Of a stretch of 64,000 nt of DNA, positions 37,095-51,152 are shown one piece after another. The translations under genes were made by a program, and so were the position numbers. The stretch is from Podarcis filfolensis. Its lineage: Eukaryota. The notes beneath the pieces were generated by a model. It was given only the letters and a program-made list of their open reading frames with translations, was not told where the DNA came from and did no database searches. The DNA lies in assembly GCA_964270895.1 (NCBI GenBank), contig OZ185436.1. One strand, 5' to 3'. Every line of letters begins with the position of its first letter. Position 1 is the stretch's first letter.

Positions 37095-40000
37095 TGGGTC
37101 TTGCTCCCCACAACCCTAAACATTTAGTGCCAGCCTGTCTCAGCATTCACTACAAGAAGCATCAAGGAATGGATCAATGTCAAACAAACAGTCCTCCTTT
37201 GTTTGAAGTAATCAGTCGTTATTTGTATTGAATGTACTTGGTATATGACATAATGAAATGTAACTTTTCTTGGAATTTATAAGTTTGGGGTGGTGACGGT
37301 GGATCTGTTCTATTTAGTAATTAAGGCCTGGATTGATTGGAGAGAGGAGGATGAAGCTGTTGGCAGAAAAGTGAAATTCCCTCGTAGTGATGATAGCAGA
37401 CTGAATGCTTATTTTTATTTTATGTTATTTATTAATAAATAATTAATAAACCTCGTACATCTCAAAGGAACCAGAAGGTAGGGAGTGCAGTTCCCTTGCC
37501 AGTTCTTGCTCTTCCAAACTTGAAAATGCTATAAAAGATTATTATTTGTGTAAGCGAGTTTAACAGCTATTGAGGCAAGCTGCCCACGCTCCAATCTAGG
37601 CTTTGTAGCTCACAACCAGAGGCATAGAAAGTGTCTCTGGAAAAGTACTTTTCTGTCCTTGGTATCATTGAACTGCAAAGAAATCAGGTGTTCAGAGAAC
37701 AGTAAAAATAAATGTACAAACTGGACATTTTTAGGATGGGTAGAGGGGTCATAGTGCGTCTCCCAGATTAATGTGTTCATCTTTGTACAGAAGCCTAGCT
37801 TTTATTTTGAAATTGGGCTATTGTTTTCTGGTGTTGAAAGACATGCAGGGACCGAGTAACACCCAAATGAACTGTTTCTGGTAGAGAAAAGCATTCTCTT
37901 CCATATTATGCTACAGGCTCTTAATATTCAGTGCTTTGCAACAGAGTCATTCTCTGCAGGTACGGCTTGCTGTAAGGCTGGAGGTCCATTTACATTTTGC
38001 ATCACTCTGAGATTAGTATATAAAGATAATTGCTTATCACATGCCTGGATGGCATGCACATTAATAACGTGGGCTACAGACCTTTCAGTAGACATTTCAA
38101 AGCATTTGGTGTTAAATTCTCACAGCATAAACTCCATCTCTACTAAAAGTAGGTCACTAAGATACTGCAGTTGTAATGGGTAATAGAGGAATGTCCTGCA
38201 TACCAAGCAGTGAATGTTAAGTTTTGAAATTCCCCTCTTATTAAGTGGAAAGAATCAATCAAAATACTGCTTCCACCAAGCTGTGTGTGTCTCCATTTTC
38301 CATATAAGCGTAACATGCTGTGCTCAAAGAGCTTGAAATTCCAGCGAACTACATAATACGATCCACAAACAAGTGTGATTCATTGATTGGAGGGCTGGGC
38401 TTGGATCTTGAGAGATGTGGGTTCACACAGTGTTCTCTTTCTGAGAAAAGACTTTTCTGCTGTTTGTTATTTCTTGTGAAGCTGAAGGGGGCTACAGAAG
38501 CTGTGTTTGGCAATGAGTGAATCACCCCCTTCCCATAGTATTCCTTGGATTGGAAGATGGTTCCCTAATGCACCAGGAGATAGCTCAGCTTATTCTGCAT
38601 AAATCGGAGTCAACTGTTTCTCCACTTGACAGATCAGCAGAGTCCATCACCCACCCTTTTCACAGAAGAAGCAGCGAGTAGACGCAGGTGGAGGAAGGGC
38701 CGAAAATTTGCAAGTGGGAGGGGAATTGTTCTTCTTGCCTGGTATTTGAGCCAGACATGAGTAACTGAAGTTTGCATTCTGAACTAAGCAATTATAACGC
38801 TCACAAGTATCTCCAGTTGTGGTAGAAAGAAGATGCTGCTATGTTAGTACCCATGGCTCCTCTTTTACACAATCCAGTCCCAGACACCTGACCTGCACCA
38901 TGTGGGCCTAACATCATTTCTAGGTGAAGATGGGGTGGACCCATCAACCCCTTGCTCCTAAGAGGCTTTCCATATATATCTATATAGTTCTCTATAAAAT
39001 CTTATTTGTTACTTGTTCAGACTAATATCTCTGTTTGTTTCCTTTTAGGTCACAAGTGACACTCCCTCTCCCTCTCCTCTCCCCTCCCCCCCCCCTTTTA
39101 AGGTGTCTTTCCAGTCCCCTAGAATTAATTCTTATTTATCAAAGGTGAATGGCTATTTACAGGCCTAGCTCCTTAGGTAGCAACCACAAGATTTGAATTG
39201 CCCAAGGAAGGCAACTTAGTATGTTTTTAGTTGTCTACCAAATTTAGGAGGTGGGCTACTGTTTTTTAGACTAGTGGAAATTGCTATATACTAGTGTGCC
39301 TTCAAGAGAAAGTCCATGTTTTTCAGCACAACTTAATGATGAGAGTGTAACAAGATTGCGAACCGATATCTTTAAGAAGTAATATAAAAGAAGTCATGTG
39401 AATAACCAATGATAAATTTTGCAATGTTTCCAGTTGCTATGATTTTGTGCATTCTGAATAAAGTGCTGTTCAGTTTCACCCTATAAAAATGCTGCAAAAC
39501 TAGAAAAAAACCCCGCTGAAAGGAATGCTGTTTCCTTTAATAAGCTGCAGTGCAGGCTACAACCCTTGGGACCCAACTTCAGCAAGCTGTTGGAGCTTCA
39601 CCTTGTATAGTCAGCACTGCAGCAAAAAGCAGAATTATGTTTTTTCCCCCATTATACTTACTCACAAGTCCACCCCCTGATTGTTTTATGAGAACTTTAA
39701 AATGACAGCCTGAGAGACACCTGTAGGATGTCTTCCCTTTTCAGGATTGTGTAAAATTGCTAGCATCTAATTTGGAAAAGTCCAAAATAACTCCCGCCTC
39801 ATACTTAATTGCTAAGTGCCAGTAAATGTCTCTGTATGATTTGTTCGCCCCCTGGGTTTATTAGTTCCTGCTTCATAGCATGAGAATAGGAACTTCTTTA
39901 ACATTATAAGAAATTGAACTTACTCCTATAAACTTTTATCAAACTTCTATGAAGAAAGAGCAATGACATGCATATGATAAGAGAAAAGCAAAGTTTTGTT

Positions 40001-42574
40001 ACTTTTTTAGAGAATATTTCAAAGCAAGATATGTTTATCAACTTTTGAAGAAGTAACTACCAAGGGAAAATGAGTGAAAACTTGATATTCCCCTTCCTAA
40101 ACAGGAGATGGCAAATTTTCAAAGGCAGATTTTATCTAAAGCAATTGCCTTGAAAAGAGTAGTTTGTGAATATCCAAGGGCAATGATTAATAGTGGCCGG
40201 GGGGAGGGGGGCAGAATGGAAGTGAAAGGACATGGGTTTGGGGTTTTGTTTTTGTTTTGTTTTTTAGTAGAATTGAGCCAAATTTTCTTTAGTATCGATT
40301 TTTGCGACAAAATATGCATGCTTGATGAGGTAGAACCTTTTGTGGAACAGTAAAGCAAACTGAACAACAAAGGTGTTTCTCTGCTTTTTACACCTCTGGA
40401 GAACAGTGCCCGCAGCACACATTTTATGGACGCTCTCAGACTTTTGGAGCAAAGGAACTGAAGCCCCCCAACTGAACTAAGCCTTAAAATGAGTCCCAGT
40501 GCATAAATCCACCCCCAGCTTATCTGACTTGGTAACAGTCCCATTCTTAGCCCTGCAGGTATTAGCATGAGTTGAGTGAAAGGGTTACGGAGGCACAGCT
40601 CAAACCATCACATTTTCCTCTCCTTTTCTATTATGTTCCCAAATATTTCTGTCTTTCCCTTCCCTCCCTCACCCTCTTGTACCTCCTTTCACCTACTAGC
40701 ATTGCATTTTGTCTCCATCTCCACTTCCTTTTCCTTTTGCTCTCTTTTTTCTGCCCCGTGTCACCTTCTCTGCCACTTTAATTCACCTCTCCATGGCCCT
40801 TGCGCCTTCCTCATGTCAGCTTGCCTGAAATCAATATGAACAGGAAATCTGGGGACAGTTCATCATCCTCGGGACCTTATACTGTTGATTGTTCCTTCTT
40901 GCTCCTCTGTTGGGTGAAATTTGAAGGAACTCCTCTGATTCTTCCACACCGAAGTAACATATAGTTGTAGTTCCATAATGAAAAGTTTGTTTTAGTTTGT
41001 GAAGTCTTGCCATTTTATCATTCAACATTCCTGCCCCCACTCCAGATCAACTCTGATAGATTAAAGTTGCAGTCCTGTGCACACTTACACAAGAGTAAGT
41101 TAGAGGAAGTCCTTGCACTGGCTTCTGCTAGCCAGGCTCACAAGTTGAATTTGAGCTGAGTTTCAGTTCAATGCAATGCTTTCAGGATTTTGGACTGGTA
41201 ATATAGGACATAATCCAGCCACGTTTAAGCACATCTACAGGATTTTTTATTTGTGTGCAATGCTGTATGTGTAGAACTTTTCCCATTTGGGCTGAATTTG
41301 ACAGTCAGGAGAACATGAAGATTATTATAAGCTCTGTGTTATCTTAGTTTTCAGTTGCTGTTTTGTTAAGAGGGAAATTTTATTGGGATTCAGAATAGAG
41401 ACAAATAAGATCCATGTATATATGTGCAAGAGAAAAGATACTTCTTCCCCTTCTGTCCTGCTGATGCTTTTTGATTATGAAAGGCCTACCAGCAATGATA
41501 GGTTTGTGCTGAGTTTTCTAGTCCTGTTTAAAATTCTTTGCAGCTCTGCAAGAACCCAGGATTAGCTGATTTCTCCTTTTACTGGCATTATGGAAGGAGA
41601 GTCGGGGCCTGGCTTTGTGCCACTAGGCAAGTTGAGATTCAAAGCTCTGCAATAACATCAGCTTCAGACCTCTTAATGACTGGTTTTGGAAATGATACAT
41701 GTGAGGACATTTTGCATGGTACAGCAGTATAAAATGTACTTGAGCGGGCTGTTTAACTCCTAAGCACTGCTTCTCTCAGCATGATTCCATATCCCTGTAT
41801 TTTTAAAGGGCGTCAAATCTGCGTAAGTTGTCACTTCTGATTAAAAGGGAAAGGGAGCTTATGCTGCCGTTATATTTTGTCTTTTCTTCTTTGGTGGTGC
41901 AGTGAAAATTGGTAGCTTGTTTTGTCTGCCTTTTGCAAATATATGGTGCAAATTTTTTTTTTCCAAAAAAAATTCATGCAGAAATTAAGTATAGGTTTCT
42001 GGTCATCAAAAAGAACTTGTTGGGATCAGATGTAAAGGCGGATTACTTAACTGGATCAGCCTCTAGACATAAAAACTGCAGAATTCTGCAGTACTGTACT
42101 GTGGTCAGAGTACTTGTAAAGGTAAAAAAACCAAAACATTAGTTCAAATCAAATATATTCCATTATTCATGTTACTAACTGGAATGACTAGCTGTATACC
42201 ATGACTGGCTATAAACTACAGTAGGCCACCTGAACTATGGGGTAGAAAAGAGCAGTGGTTATGGTAGCAGTGGGTGGGAACAAAAACCATAAGTAAGTTT
42301 CCTTGCACAAAGTGATTTGCCTCTCTTACAGCTTTTGTTGTATTTATCATCACAGCAAAACTGTGAAATAAAATTGATTGACAGACAGAAGCCACATTCA
42401 TACATAATACTAAGCCTAAAATCCTGGTTTAGTAAGCAAGGGTATGCATGAAACTATGTAAAGGTACACAGAGCTCCTTTGAAGCCTCTTTGCTCTTCCC
42501 TTTGCATGAATGGTTAAACAAGCCTGGATTCAGCACTTCACCATAGCTTCCCATTGCATGTTAACCCAGAGCTG

Positions 42575-43562
42575 TGATTGTTGTTGAGAGACAATGGAGT
42601 ACACCTCTGGGGGGTGAAATTGAGCCACTGGAGAATCACAGCGCCCGCTGTGGCTGCAGATACTGGTAACTCGTAACTGCTGTCTCCTGCATTGTTTTCA
42701 CTGCATTAACAGCAGTGGAGTGACCACTCCGGGACACACGTCTGGGCATTATGTATGGAAGTTCTGGGCTGACCAGACAACAAGACACCCCCACCTCGGC
42801 CTTGGTTGAAATGAAAGCAGAGAAATACATTTGGCAGCAACCTGGTTGCAGGAGTTGCTGAAAGGAGGTGTGCATGACTCCATCCTAGGGACTCCACTCC
42901 AGATTTGTGTAGCGTTTACTTCTTAGCCCTTTCTTCTCCCAAAGATGTCCCACAAGGCAGTGGATATAGATTTTTCCTCATGGTTTACTCCCGAAGCCTT
43001 TCTCATGAATGGGTATAACCGCAAGGCAAGCAGAGGTTTAGGGCAGGCTTCCTCAACCTCAGCCCTCCAGATGTTTTTGAGACTACAGTTCCCATCATCC
43101 CTGACCTCTGGTCCTGCTAGCTAGGGATCATGGGAGTTGTAGGCCAAGAACCTCTGGAGGGCTGAGGATGAGGAAGCCTGGTTTAGGGCCAGAGTATTCC
43201 CTCTTCTAGGTGACTGCCTCCCAAGGCTGATGAGTTCCATCTGCTCCACATTTCCCTCTACAACATGTGCCTTCTCGACCATTGGACCCCCTATTGTTTT
43301 CATCCTCTCAATCCACCAGAACTTGTCTTCGCATGCAGGGAAGTCCCTAACTCACTGAGGGTTTGAGACCCATCAGCTATCCTCACCTGGTTTAGCCAGC
43401 CGGTCGAAGCCACTTCTTGGGGTGTGGCTGCTGTTACGTGCTGGTGGCTTCTTGGAGCCACAGGTGACAGCTGAGTGCAGAATGGAGACCAAAGGTGGAC
43501 AAGCTACCGCAGGAGTACGATGTGTCCCCCACCAGAGGTACTACCCCTCCTCTAACACCCTA
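42575..43562. mobile_element. Interspersed repeat of ~1 kb, possibly RTE-clade LINE derived, interrupted by a MITE
   Basis: More GC-rich block with recalled resemblance to a squamate repeat (GGGAAGTCCCTAACTCAC..GAGACCC..CCAGAGGTACTACCCCTC). Family not verified. Confidence 0.45.
43044..43180. mobile_element. Palindromic hAT MITE, 137 bp
   Basis: CAGGCTTCCTCAACCTCAGCCCTCCAGA...TCTGGAGGGCTGAGGATGAGGAAGCCTG; perfect 8-bp TSD GTTTAGGG. Confidence 0.93.
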
Positions 43563-43894
43563 TGACCAATGACTTAAAAATAAAGCAGGATGTCAAACCA
43601 TGGTTTGAAGTTGACTTACTATCCTGACTTATTTTGAAGCTGTTAACCATAGTTTCCAGGCACACATATAACAGGAAACTATGCTTAAATGCTGAATTCT
43701 GTGGTGGGAGGAACAAAGTAGCTGTCATCTGGTGTATGCCAACCATTCATATCCTGGTTTTGCATTGTGGGCAAAAGTGTACTGCATCTTCCCCAAAAAC
43801 AAATAGTGAGCTTCATAGTTGAGTAGAGATTTGAACCAAGAGGTTCTGATTTCGACCCTATCTATATATTTTACTCCTGACCCTGCTCTCTGTT

Positions 43895-43910
43895 TCTGTC
43901 TGTCTGTCTG

Positions 43911-43940
<30 letters not shown>
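43895..43940. repeat. (TCTG)n/(TC)n compound microsatellite
   Basis: Directly visible. Confidence 0.9.
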
Positions 43941-43941
<1 letters not shown>

Positions 43942-44837
43942 TCTTCAGCGCTTTGACTTTTACCATTTTCTTCTTCTTTTAACTAGCCCTATTTCCCTAT
44001 AGGCACTTACTGATGACTGGTAAAAAGAAGCATTTGGAATTTAATTTTTGCTGAGTGTCTGCATTTTAAAGTACTCTAGATAAGTGGTCTGAAAGGCAAG
44101 TTCTACGTTTCATTTGGTGTACTGTTTAAGAAGTTTGAAACAAAAACATTGCCAATATAGGTTTTTATCCTGAGGCCTTTCTGAGTGCTATCTCTGTGTG
44201 CGTTCCAAGACACCCATGTTTACCGTGATATTTATACAACACTTAGACCTTTTTTTTTCATCTCCTCCTGTCATGCTAGCACATCATTGTTTTATTTCAT
44301 AGCTGGTTATTTCAGAAGTAGCTATGGATGAAGAAGGAACACAAGAAAAGTGTTTTGTCTTTGTTATTCTTGAGAGAAAATGCAGGGTGTCCCTAACAGA
44401 GTGGCAGGTATAAACTAGTTTGCCATGTGGAGATTTAGTCTGGAGACAGCAGGGGCTCATTAAAGGAGAGCACTAAGAGCATTTCCTCCACTAATCTATT
44501 CTGAAGTATGATAGCAGACCTGTGGCAGTTGCAGCCCTCTGAACATGAAAGCTGTGAGTGCTTGCTGAGTTTGTGCCATTATGCTGAATACCATGGTGAA
44601 CTGACTATGCCCCAGAAAGGGTGTTTTCCTTACTAATCAAAAGCAGAGTGACCTGATTCATTATTATGTTTCCCTCAAGAAGCTGAAAACCCCCTTGAAA
44701 TTTCTGAAGTCAGCTTTATTTACATCCTGCTCATACGCTTTTGTTCAGTGCCCTAGAGGGGCAGAACAAAATGACAGCTTTTTAATGTGCAGAGTTTGTA
44801 TGAAAATATCATTGACCCCAGATGTGCACCATATTTT

Positions 44838-44851
44838 GAAAGAAAGAACAA

Positions 44852-44887
<36 letters not shown>

Positions 44888-44892
44888 GAAAG
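44838..44892. repeat. (GAAA)n microsatellite
   Basis: Directly visible. Confidence 0.95.
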
Positions 44893-45533
44893 ACCAAATG
44901 ATGCACTTGACACATTGTCACTTTTCCCACTCCATTAGGTACATAGAGGCCTGCCACAGCTGAACCAGCAAATCCTAATCAAAAGCCTACTGAATCGAGG
45001 TATAAGTTTTGGTAGCTCATGACAAGGGCTGTCTGGATTGAGGCAGGTGGCTGCCATTCAATCCTGAGGCCCAGGAGGTATAGCTCGGAAGAGGCTGCAA
45101 GGGCCCTAATAAAAGAGAATGGAACTACAGCGGCCAGAAACTGTTGTACCCTTTTTAAAGCCATTCCATCAGATTTCAAAAGATAAGCTGAGCGAGTTAA
45201 GGTCATAGGAGACTGAAGATTTCCATGGAAATACTATGTTCCCATTGAGTCATTGACCATCAAGTAGCTGGTCTTTAACATTTGCCAGTGCCTATAGCTG
45301 CATATCAATTAGTACATCCTTGTCAACGTTGCAGCTGAATTTCAGGACACTGAACATGCATCATTTGTGATCCTTGCCAAAGGTTACCTACATTCTTTTG
45401 CTTGGTAATCTTCTCTGTAGAGAGTGGTAGGTTGAAGGCAGAAATTTAATGGATGGTGTTAGAGGAAAGCACGAATTAGATGGATGCTGGTACTGTGGAA
45501 TCAGAAACCAATCAAGGAAAACTATAGGTGTGG

Positions 45534-45708
45534 ACACAGGAAGCTGTCTTACACTGAGTCAGACCATTAGTCCATTTAGCTCAGTACTGTTTACACTCAC
45601 TGGCAGCATGACACTAGGATTTCCCCCCAGCCCTACCTGGATATTGAATATGAGACCTTCTGCATGCAAAGCAGATGTTATTCCACTAAGCTATGTTCCC
45701 TTCCCTAA
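45534..45708 (-). mobile_element. Squam2-like SINE
   Basis: Reverse complement reads GGGAACATAGCTTAGTGG..CATCTGCTTTGCATGCAGAAGGTC..CTGACTCAGTGTAAGACAGCTTCC. Confidence 0.85.
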
Positions 45709-47846
45709 ATGGATGTGACTTCTTGTAGCAGCCAGCCTTGGTTCTTCCTAGCCTCACTACTCATTTGTCTGCATCCTATCTCTTTCCTCTCCCAGTTTTG
45801 GCTGTCAAAAACAAAACATAAATTTTATTTTTTTTCCAAGAAATGTGTATAAATATAGCTAAAGACATAAGCAGTGTTCAAAATTAGCCAGGTGCAAGGC
45901 ACATTTTGTGTCTGGCACGGGTCCAACTATGACCACGCAGATATCTCTGGATGCCAGGCTGGTGACTGGGAAAAGCAAAATGTCACTTAGAGAAGAATCT
46001 GAAATATTTTCCTTGAAGCTTGAATTTGTTTTACTTTGGATTTTTATTTATTTTGAGATTTGAGATTTGTTGTTTAAAATACTACTACTACTAGTAGTAA
46101 TAATAAAAACAACAATAGCCACTGGGTGGGAAGTGGTGCCTAGAAATTCCATTGTGGTGACTGCAACTTAGGTTTAAGGTGCCATTTGAAGATCAGCTTA
46201 TATATCTGAGTTTCTAAGAAACAAAATGATCTGGTGAAAGATGCACGTGGATAAGAAAATTAAAAGGTCCTATCATGTATCCTGGTCATCACTGCACTCA
46301 CAAAAATGCTTTATAGCATTTCAAGGTCAGCCAGATGAGAAGGAAAATTGGAAGGGTATGGAATATATGGTCAGAGCAGGTGATATATAGTCAAAGCAGG
46401 GACAATATATTCTGCATTAATGCAAAGTAGAGACACACTTTTATAATGTACAGAAACTTATACCTCTGATGACGCAGAGAGGCTGCCACTTAACAATTTT
46501 TTTGTCTTCTGCACAGGAATGGCATTGGCTTTATGTTTTGTAAAGCAGTTAGTGCATGACTAGTGTAAAATAAACACTAAAGAGCAGAAGTAATGCTCTG
46601 ATTGCTGCATTTACAGTGAAGTGAGAAATCAATATGTATATTGTAATGCAATTAGGTATTTGGCAAAGGTGGTGAAGCCGCTGGCAGTATTTGGCTAAGC
46701 TGCCCTAACATCAAACACACACAAAAGGTCTGAGCAGTCTCTAACAGAACAGACTGAGCAGACTGAGCAGTCTCTAACAGAACAGTTTTGATTCTATGGA
46801 GATAGAGGGGTATGGCAAACAAAAGGAAATAAAAGAAAACATGGGTCTTGGAAAGGTAGAAGATGAAGGTTGGGTTGGCAGCAGGCGAAAGGAAGCTGGG
46901 AGAATGGGGGGCGGGTAGAGCAATGGAGAGCTGGAACTAGAGCTTGCTTTGTGCTTCTGCTAAACCCTGAAATTTGTTTTCAGGCTTTAATCCTGGAGAA
47001 TATGAAGTGAGACTAGATGAATGTGACCCTGAGAAGGTTCAGAATTCATCTTTCTCACCATTGTATGAGGTCCTCTTGGTAACAGTTGCTGTTTCCATTT
47101 GGGCTTGAACCCAGACATTTTCTTGTACTGGCTGGAAGAAGTGCCCTAGAGTAGTGAGGGCATCAGAGAAAGGCACAGGAGAGAGAGATAAAGTTAATAT
47201 TGATTTGAAACAACTTGCCAAATCTTTGGCTGGAGGCCACATCTTACGTGTTTCTTGCTTGAGTCATATGGAAGCATCTGTTCACTCCCAGGGTGGTGCA
47301 CTGTTGTCTGGACTGAATAGGTTAAACTGTTGAAATTGGAGGGAATAATTACAATAAATGCTCTATTGGTCCCTTCCCAGCAAACTCTTCTATGAATGGA
47401 GGTGTTTTAGCAAGGTATTGCTTTCTTGACTCATTCCCCAGTTTTTCTTCTTTCAGCATCTGTTCTCTGGGGAACTCCAGCTACCAAACCACATTACTCT
47501 ATTAGTTCAGTTTTATTCAGTGCTTATTCCATGCTCCCTAGAAGTTGTGGCAAATGACCGAAACTTTCTCCTCCTCTTGCTGTCCCTCCCTCTTCCAAAC
47601 TTGTCACTATGGCAGTTGAAGCGCATAGGCTTGACACTAATGATGGAAACCACTGCAGAATCACAAGTGCAGCAAATGCTCCTTCCTGTTATGCTGTAGC
47701 AAACTTTTTTTTGTTTTGTTTTTATTTTACAAAAGCATTCTAATAATGAGGAACTCAATTACTGCCATGGAACCTTTTGGGTAGCCTGTCATTATAGGTT
47801 TAATTAGCGTGATTTACTTATATACTCTCTCTTTTTTCATCTGCAG

Positions 47847-47906
47847 GTTTTGCATGCAGAAGAGTGTGAGACTGGTACCGGGAGTCACGCTGGATTTAAT
47901 AGAGAA
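47847..47906 (+). CDS. RPTOR: Raptor coding exon (exon 7 equivalent), 60 bp: (W)FCMQKSVRLVPGVTLDLIE(K)
   Basis: Not in the ORF track; found by reading the sequence. Acceptor CTTTTTTCATCTGCAG|; the first G completes the TGG codon from exon 6; donor AA|GTAAGC. Confidence 0.96.
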
Positions 47907-50900
47907 GTAAGCACAATTTCGGAGACCTTTAAAAACTTCTTATTTGCCCAACTTTACTTTTTCCAATTTATTTAACTGGAGATTCTCAGGTTTCTTGGAG
48001 TGTGTCCATCCATCCCATATGGCTGTTTCGTCAAAGCAACCTCACAAATACAAAGGCTGTTTTTGTAGCCAAAGGGCAGTCCCCAAAGGTCAGACACCTG
48101 CTTATTTATTTTCTGAAAGGGGCAGGGACATGAGCCAAAGCAGAGCTAGGTATCCTGAGACTAAGTAAAATAAAGAGGAAGAGATAAGCCTGATACACAC
48201 CACAATTGTGTTTCTCTGTTGTAAGGCTACATTTTGTAGTCAGCATGTGGTAGTGGTGATCTGTGTGTTTTGGCCTTCAAGAAGGGCTAGGAATCACAGC
48301 ACAGCTGCAGGGGTGATCCCTACCTACCTCTGCAGTCATTACCAGTATTCTTTTTGGAGGGTGGGCATAATTATGCATGGGCAGAATTGAAATGCTTTGC
48401 CAAGAAACCCTGACACCACAGTTGCTCTAACCCTCTTTTCAGTTCTCTTTATTATTGCAAAAAGAAAATGTGACTGAGGGGCGTGGTCTTCTTTTATCTG
48501 TATTTGCCCTCGGGGATGGCACACTTGTTTTGGACATGCGCTATGGTTTCATGTTGGACAGCTCTTTGGACGGCCTTTTGTCAGCGGAACAGGGACCAAG
48601 GCAATCTTCAGTGATTCACAGCTCCCAGCAACCCCAACACCACCTCTCATGCTGCTGCAAAGGGTCTCACGGACTTCTGGAGGAGATTGGCGGTTGCCTG
48701 GAGGAGCCTGTGGGAGGGGAGGGAGAACCTCTGAAATTTGCCTCTGTCCCTGTTGTGCTAAGGCTCTGCCTAGATCCAAGAGCTTTTTGTCAGCAGAGGG
48801 GCACCGATTGGATGCAACCCATTAATCCTATTGGTAGGAAAGTTTCCTAGTGCTATGGTAGCAGGAGGATTGTTTATTTGGCAACATCACTTTATTGTGT
48901 CCTGAGTATTTTTAAGGGTGGTGCCTCTCTTTGGTGAATGTGGTGAGTGACTAGCCATCCTTCCAGGTTTGTATCTGCTGCATCCAAAGGCAAATAAATC
49001 CCACAGGAAGCTCTAAGGTTCCTCTGCGGCATCAGCTTGGATTTGGCACAGCAAACTACCCATAACCTTCCACCCTGACCAGCATAAGATCCGGGGCTTG
49101 GTATACATTGGCCCTTCCTCCTTTAGAGCCCATGGCTCCTCAGCCAGGGTTAGCATTGTTCAGTTAGACTACCTCGGACTTATCAAATGTACAGAGATTC
49201 AAAATTACATACACTAGCTTGTTTGCAACTTTATTTGTCGTTTTATGTTACTACTGTAAAGTATAGCTCAATACAACATTGACCTTTTTTTTTTAAAAAA
49301 AGTGAAGCTACTATTTGTTGGAGGCCTAAACAACGCTCATAGAAGAGGTTTAAGAAAATTGAATATTTATTGTTGTTGTGTGCATTGACTTTTTTAACAC
49401 AGAACTTAAAGGCGTCCATGTTGACATTAAGGAATTTGTACAAGAATTTTGCCAAAGTTTCTGCTTGCCAATCTATGGGAAATTTGTACCATATGTTCTT
49501 AGGCGATGCTCCGAAATAAATTGATTTTGGTGGGGTGACGTTGTGTTGTTTCCCTACCACATTTCTTTTAGCCTCTGGAAAATGGCCAGCCTTTAAAGTA
49601 CGCAAAGGTGCCTGGAAAGTGTTAAGTAGTGAGATAGTGCAGTGTTAGTACTTTCTGAAAGCTTGGGTTAAGAAAAGCTGATATTACTGGCACTGCAGCA
49701 TGCCTGCAGATGAATATGCATTGATACAGCTCTGCCCTTTATCCAGTGCTGGAGTAGCATGGCATTGCCGGAGGCCTAATGAAGTGCACTGGCATAGATC
49801 ATGATGTGGGTTGCATAGCTGCAGCAATGCACAAAAGGAAGTTTGCACTGTGCTTGCTTAAGCAACGACTCTTTTCAGCCACTGCAATCATTCTCTCTTA
49901 TAATGTCTAAAATTCCTCCTGCATCTTGACTATCTGCCAAAAACTTGTGAAAAGACAAACAACAGCTTATTCTTTTGCATCGGTTAACTGCACTCTTTTG
50001 GGCTCTGTAAACCTACCATCCAAGCTGTATGGTATCATAAAAACAGATACTTTCCCATTTCAAGGCAAGCTGACAAAAAACAGATATGGTTTTCTTTCCC
50101 CAAAGATGGTTTGGTTTATGCAACCCTGACCTGGATATGGAAAGGTTAAACTAAAACCTTGCGCATGTGCATTTTTGCAATGTTCCTGTAGGTTGCTTTG
50201 GTGCAGAAAGAGATGGGCTCTTTTGAATCTTGGTTCAGTGATGATTTGCACCTTTTCTCCTTATACTTCTATTTTGTATCAAAGTACAATTGAGTGGGAG
50301 CAATTAATAAGAGATAATTTGATTTTCAATATGTCTTTCCCTTAGAAGCATTCCTTGTCAAGCAAGATAAATGGGAAGAACATATTGTGTTTTTTTAAAA
50401 TGATATTTATTTAGGTTTCTGATGTGCCTCTTCAAAAGCAATTAGTCTCCCCGCACCCACCCATTCCACCTATCAAGGCTAAAATTTTGTAGCAAAGACA
50501 CCTAAATGCATTATAATTGTAATGAATAGGGGTGCAGGTGCATGGGCATAATTGAAATGCTTTGCCAAGGATTCCTAAGATACAACAGTTGCTCTAGCCC
50601 TCTTTCAGTTCTCTTTATTACTGCGAAAAAGAATATATTCACAGCAGAATTTGGCAGCTAATGCAAAATACCACAGTTTTCAAAGAGTTTCTGCAGGAAA
50701 TAGCTGTGACTGCAACACAATAAGCACCAAGTCTCAGCAGCTGGCCCAAATCTTCCAAGACTCAGTAGCTTCGTAGCAGATAACTGGCTAGAAATAGCAG
50801 ATATTTCTAAAGGGTAGTCCAAACTTTCCTGGCAATTTTCTGCCACAAAAATTGTGCTTCTGGTTTTCCCGTCCTTTCTTCTGCCACATCTGACACTATC

Positions 50901-51152
50901 CTGTCACCATTCTCATTCAGTTTAAAAGATTTACAACAAAGTAATATAATTGAACAAGCATGTTCTTGTTGCATAATTTAGTTCCTTGCATTACACAATC
51001 TTCTGGGTTGTTGTTTTTAAGTGTGACTTTAGAAGGTTTTGTTGAAGATTTCCACTTTAGATCATTGTTCTTGGTTTTCTAGTTAAGAGGATTCTCCAGA
51101 GCTGCAGCCACTGGCAGGCTGTCTTAATTGGTTTACCATTGCTATTTGAGAT

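Noticed and set aside
49243-49605. 120-aa minus-strand ORF
   Set aside because: TTG start, no recognisable motif, no splice context; length is within chance expectation for 64 kb.
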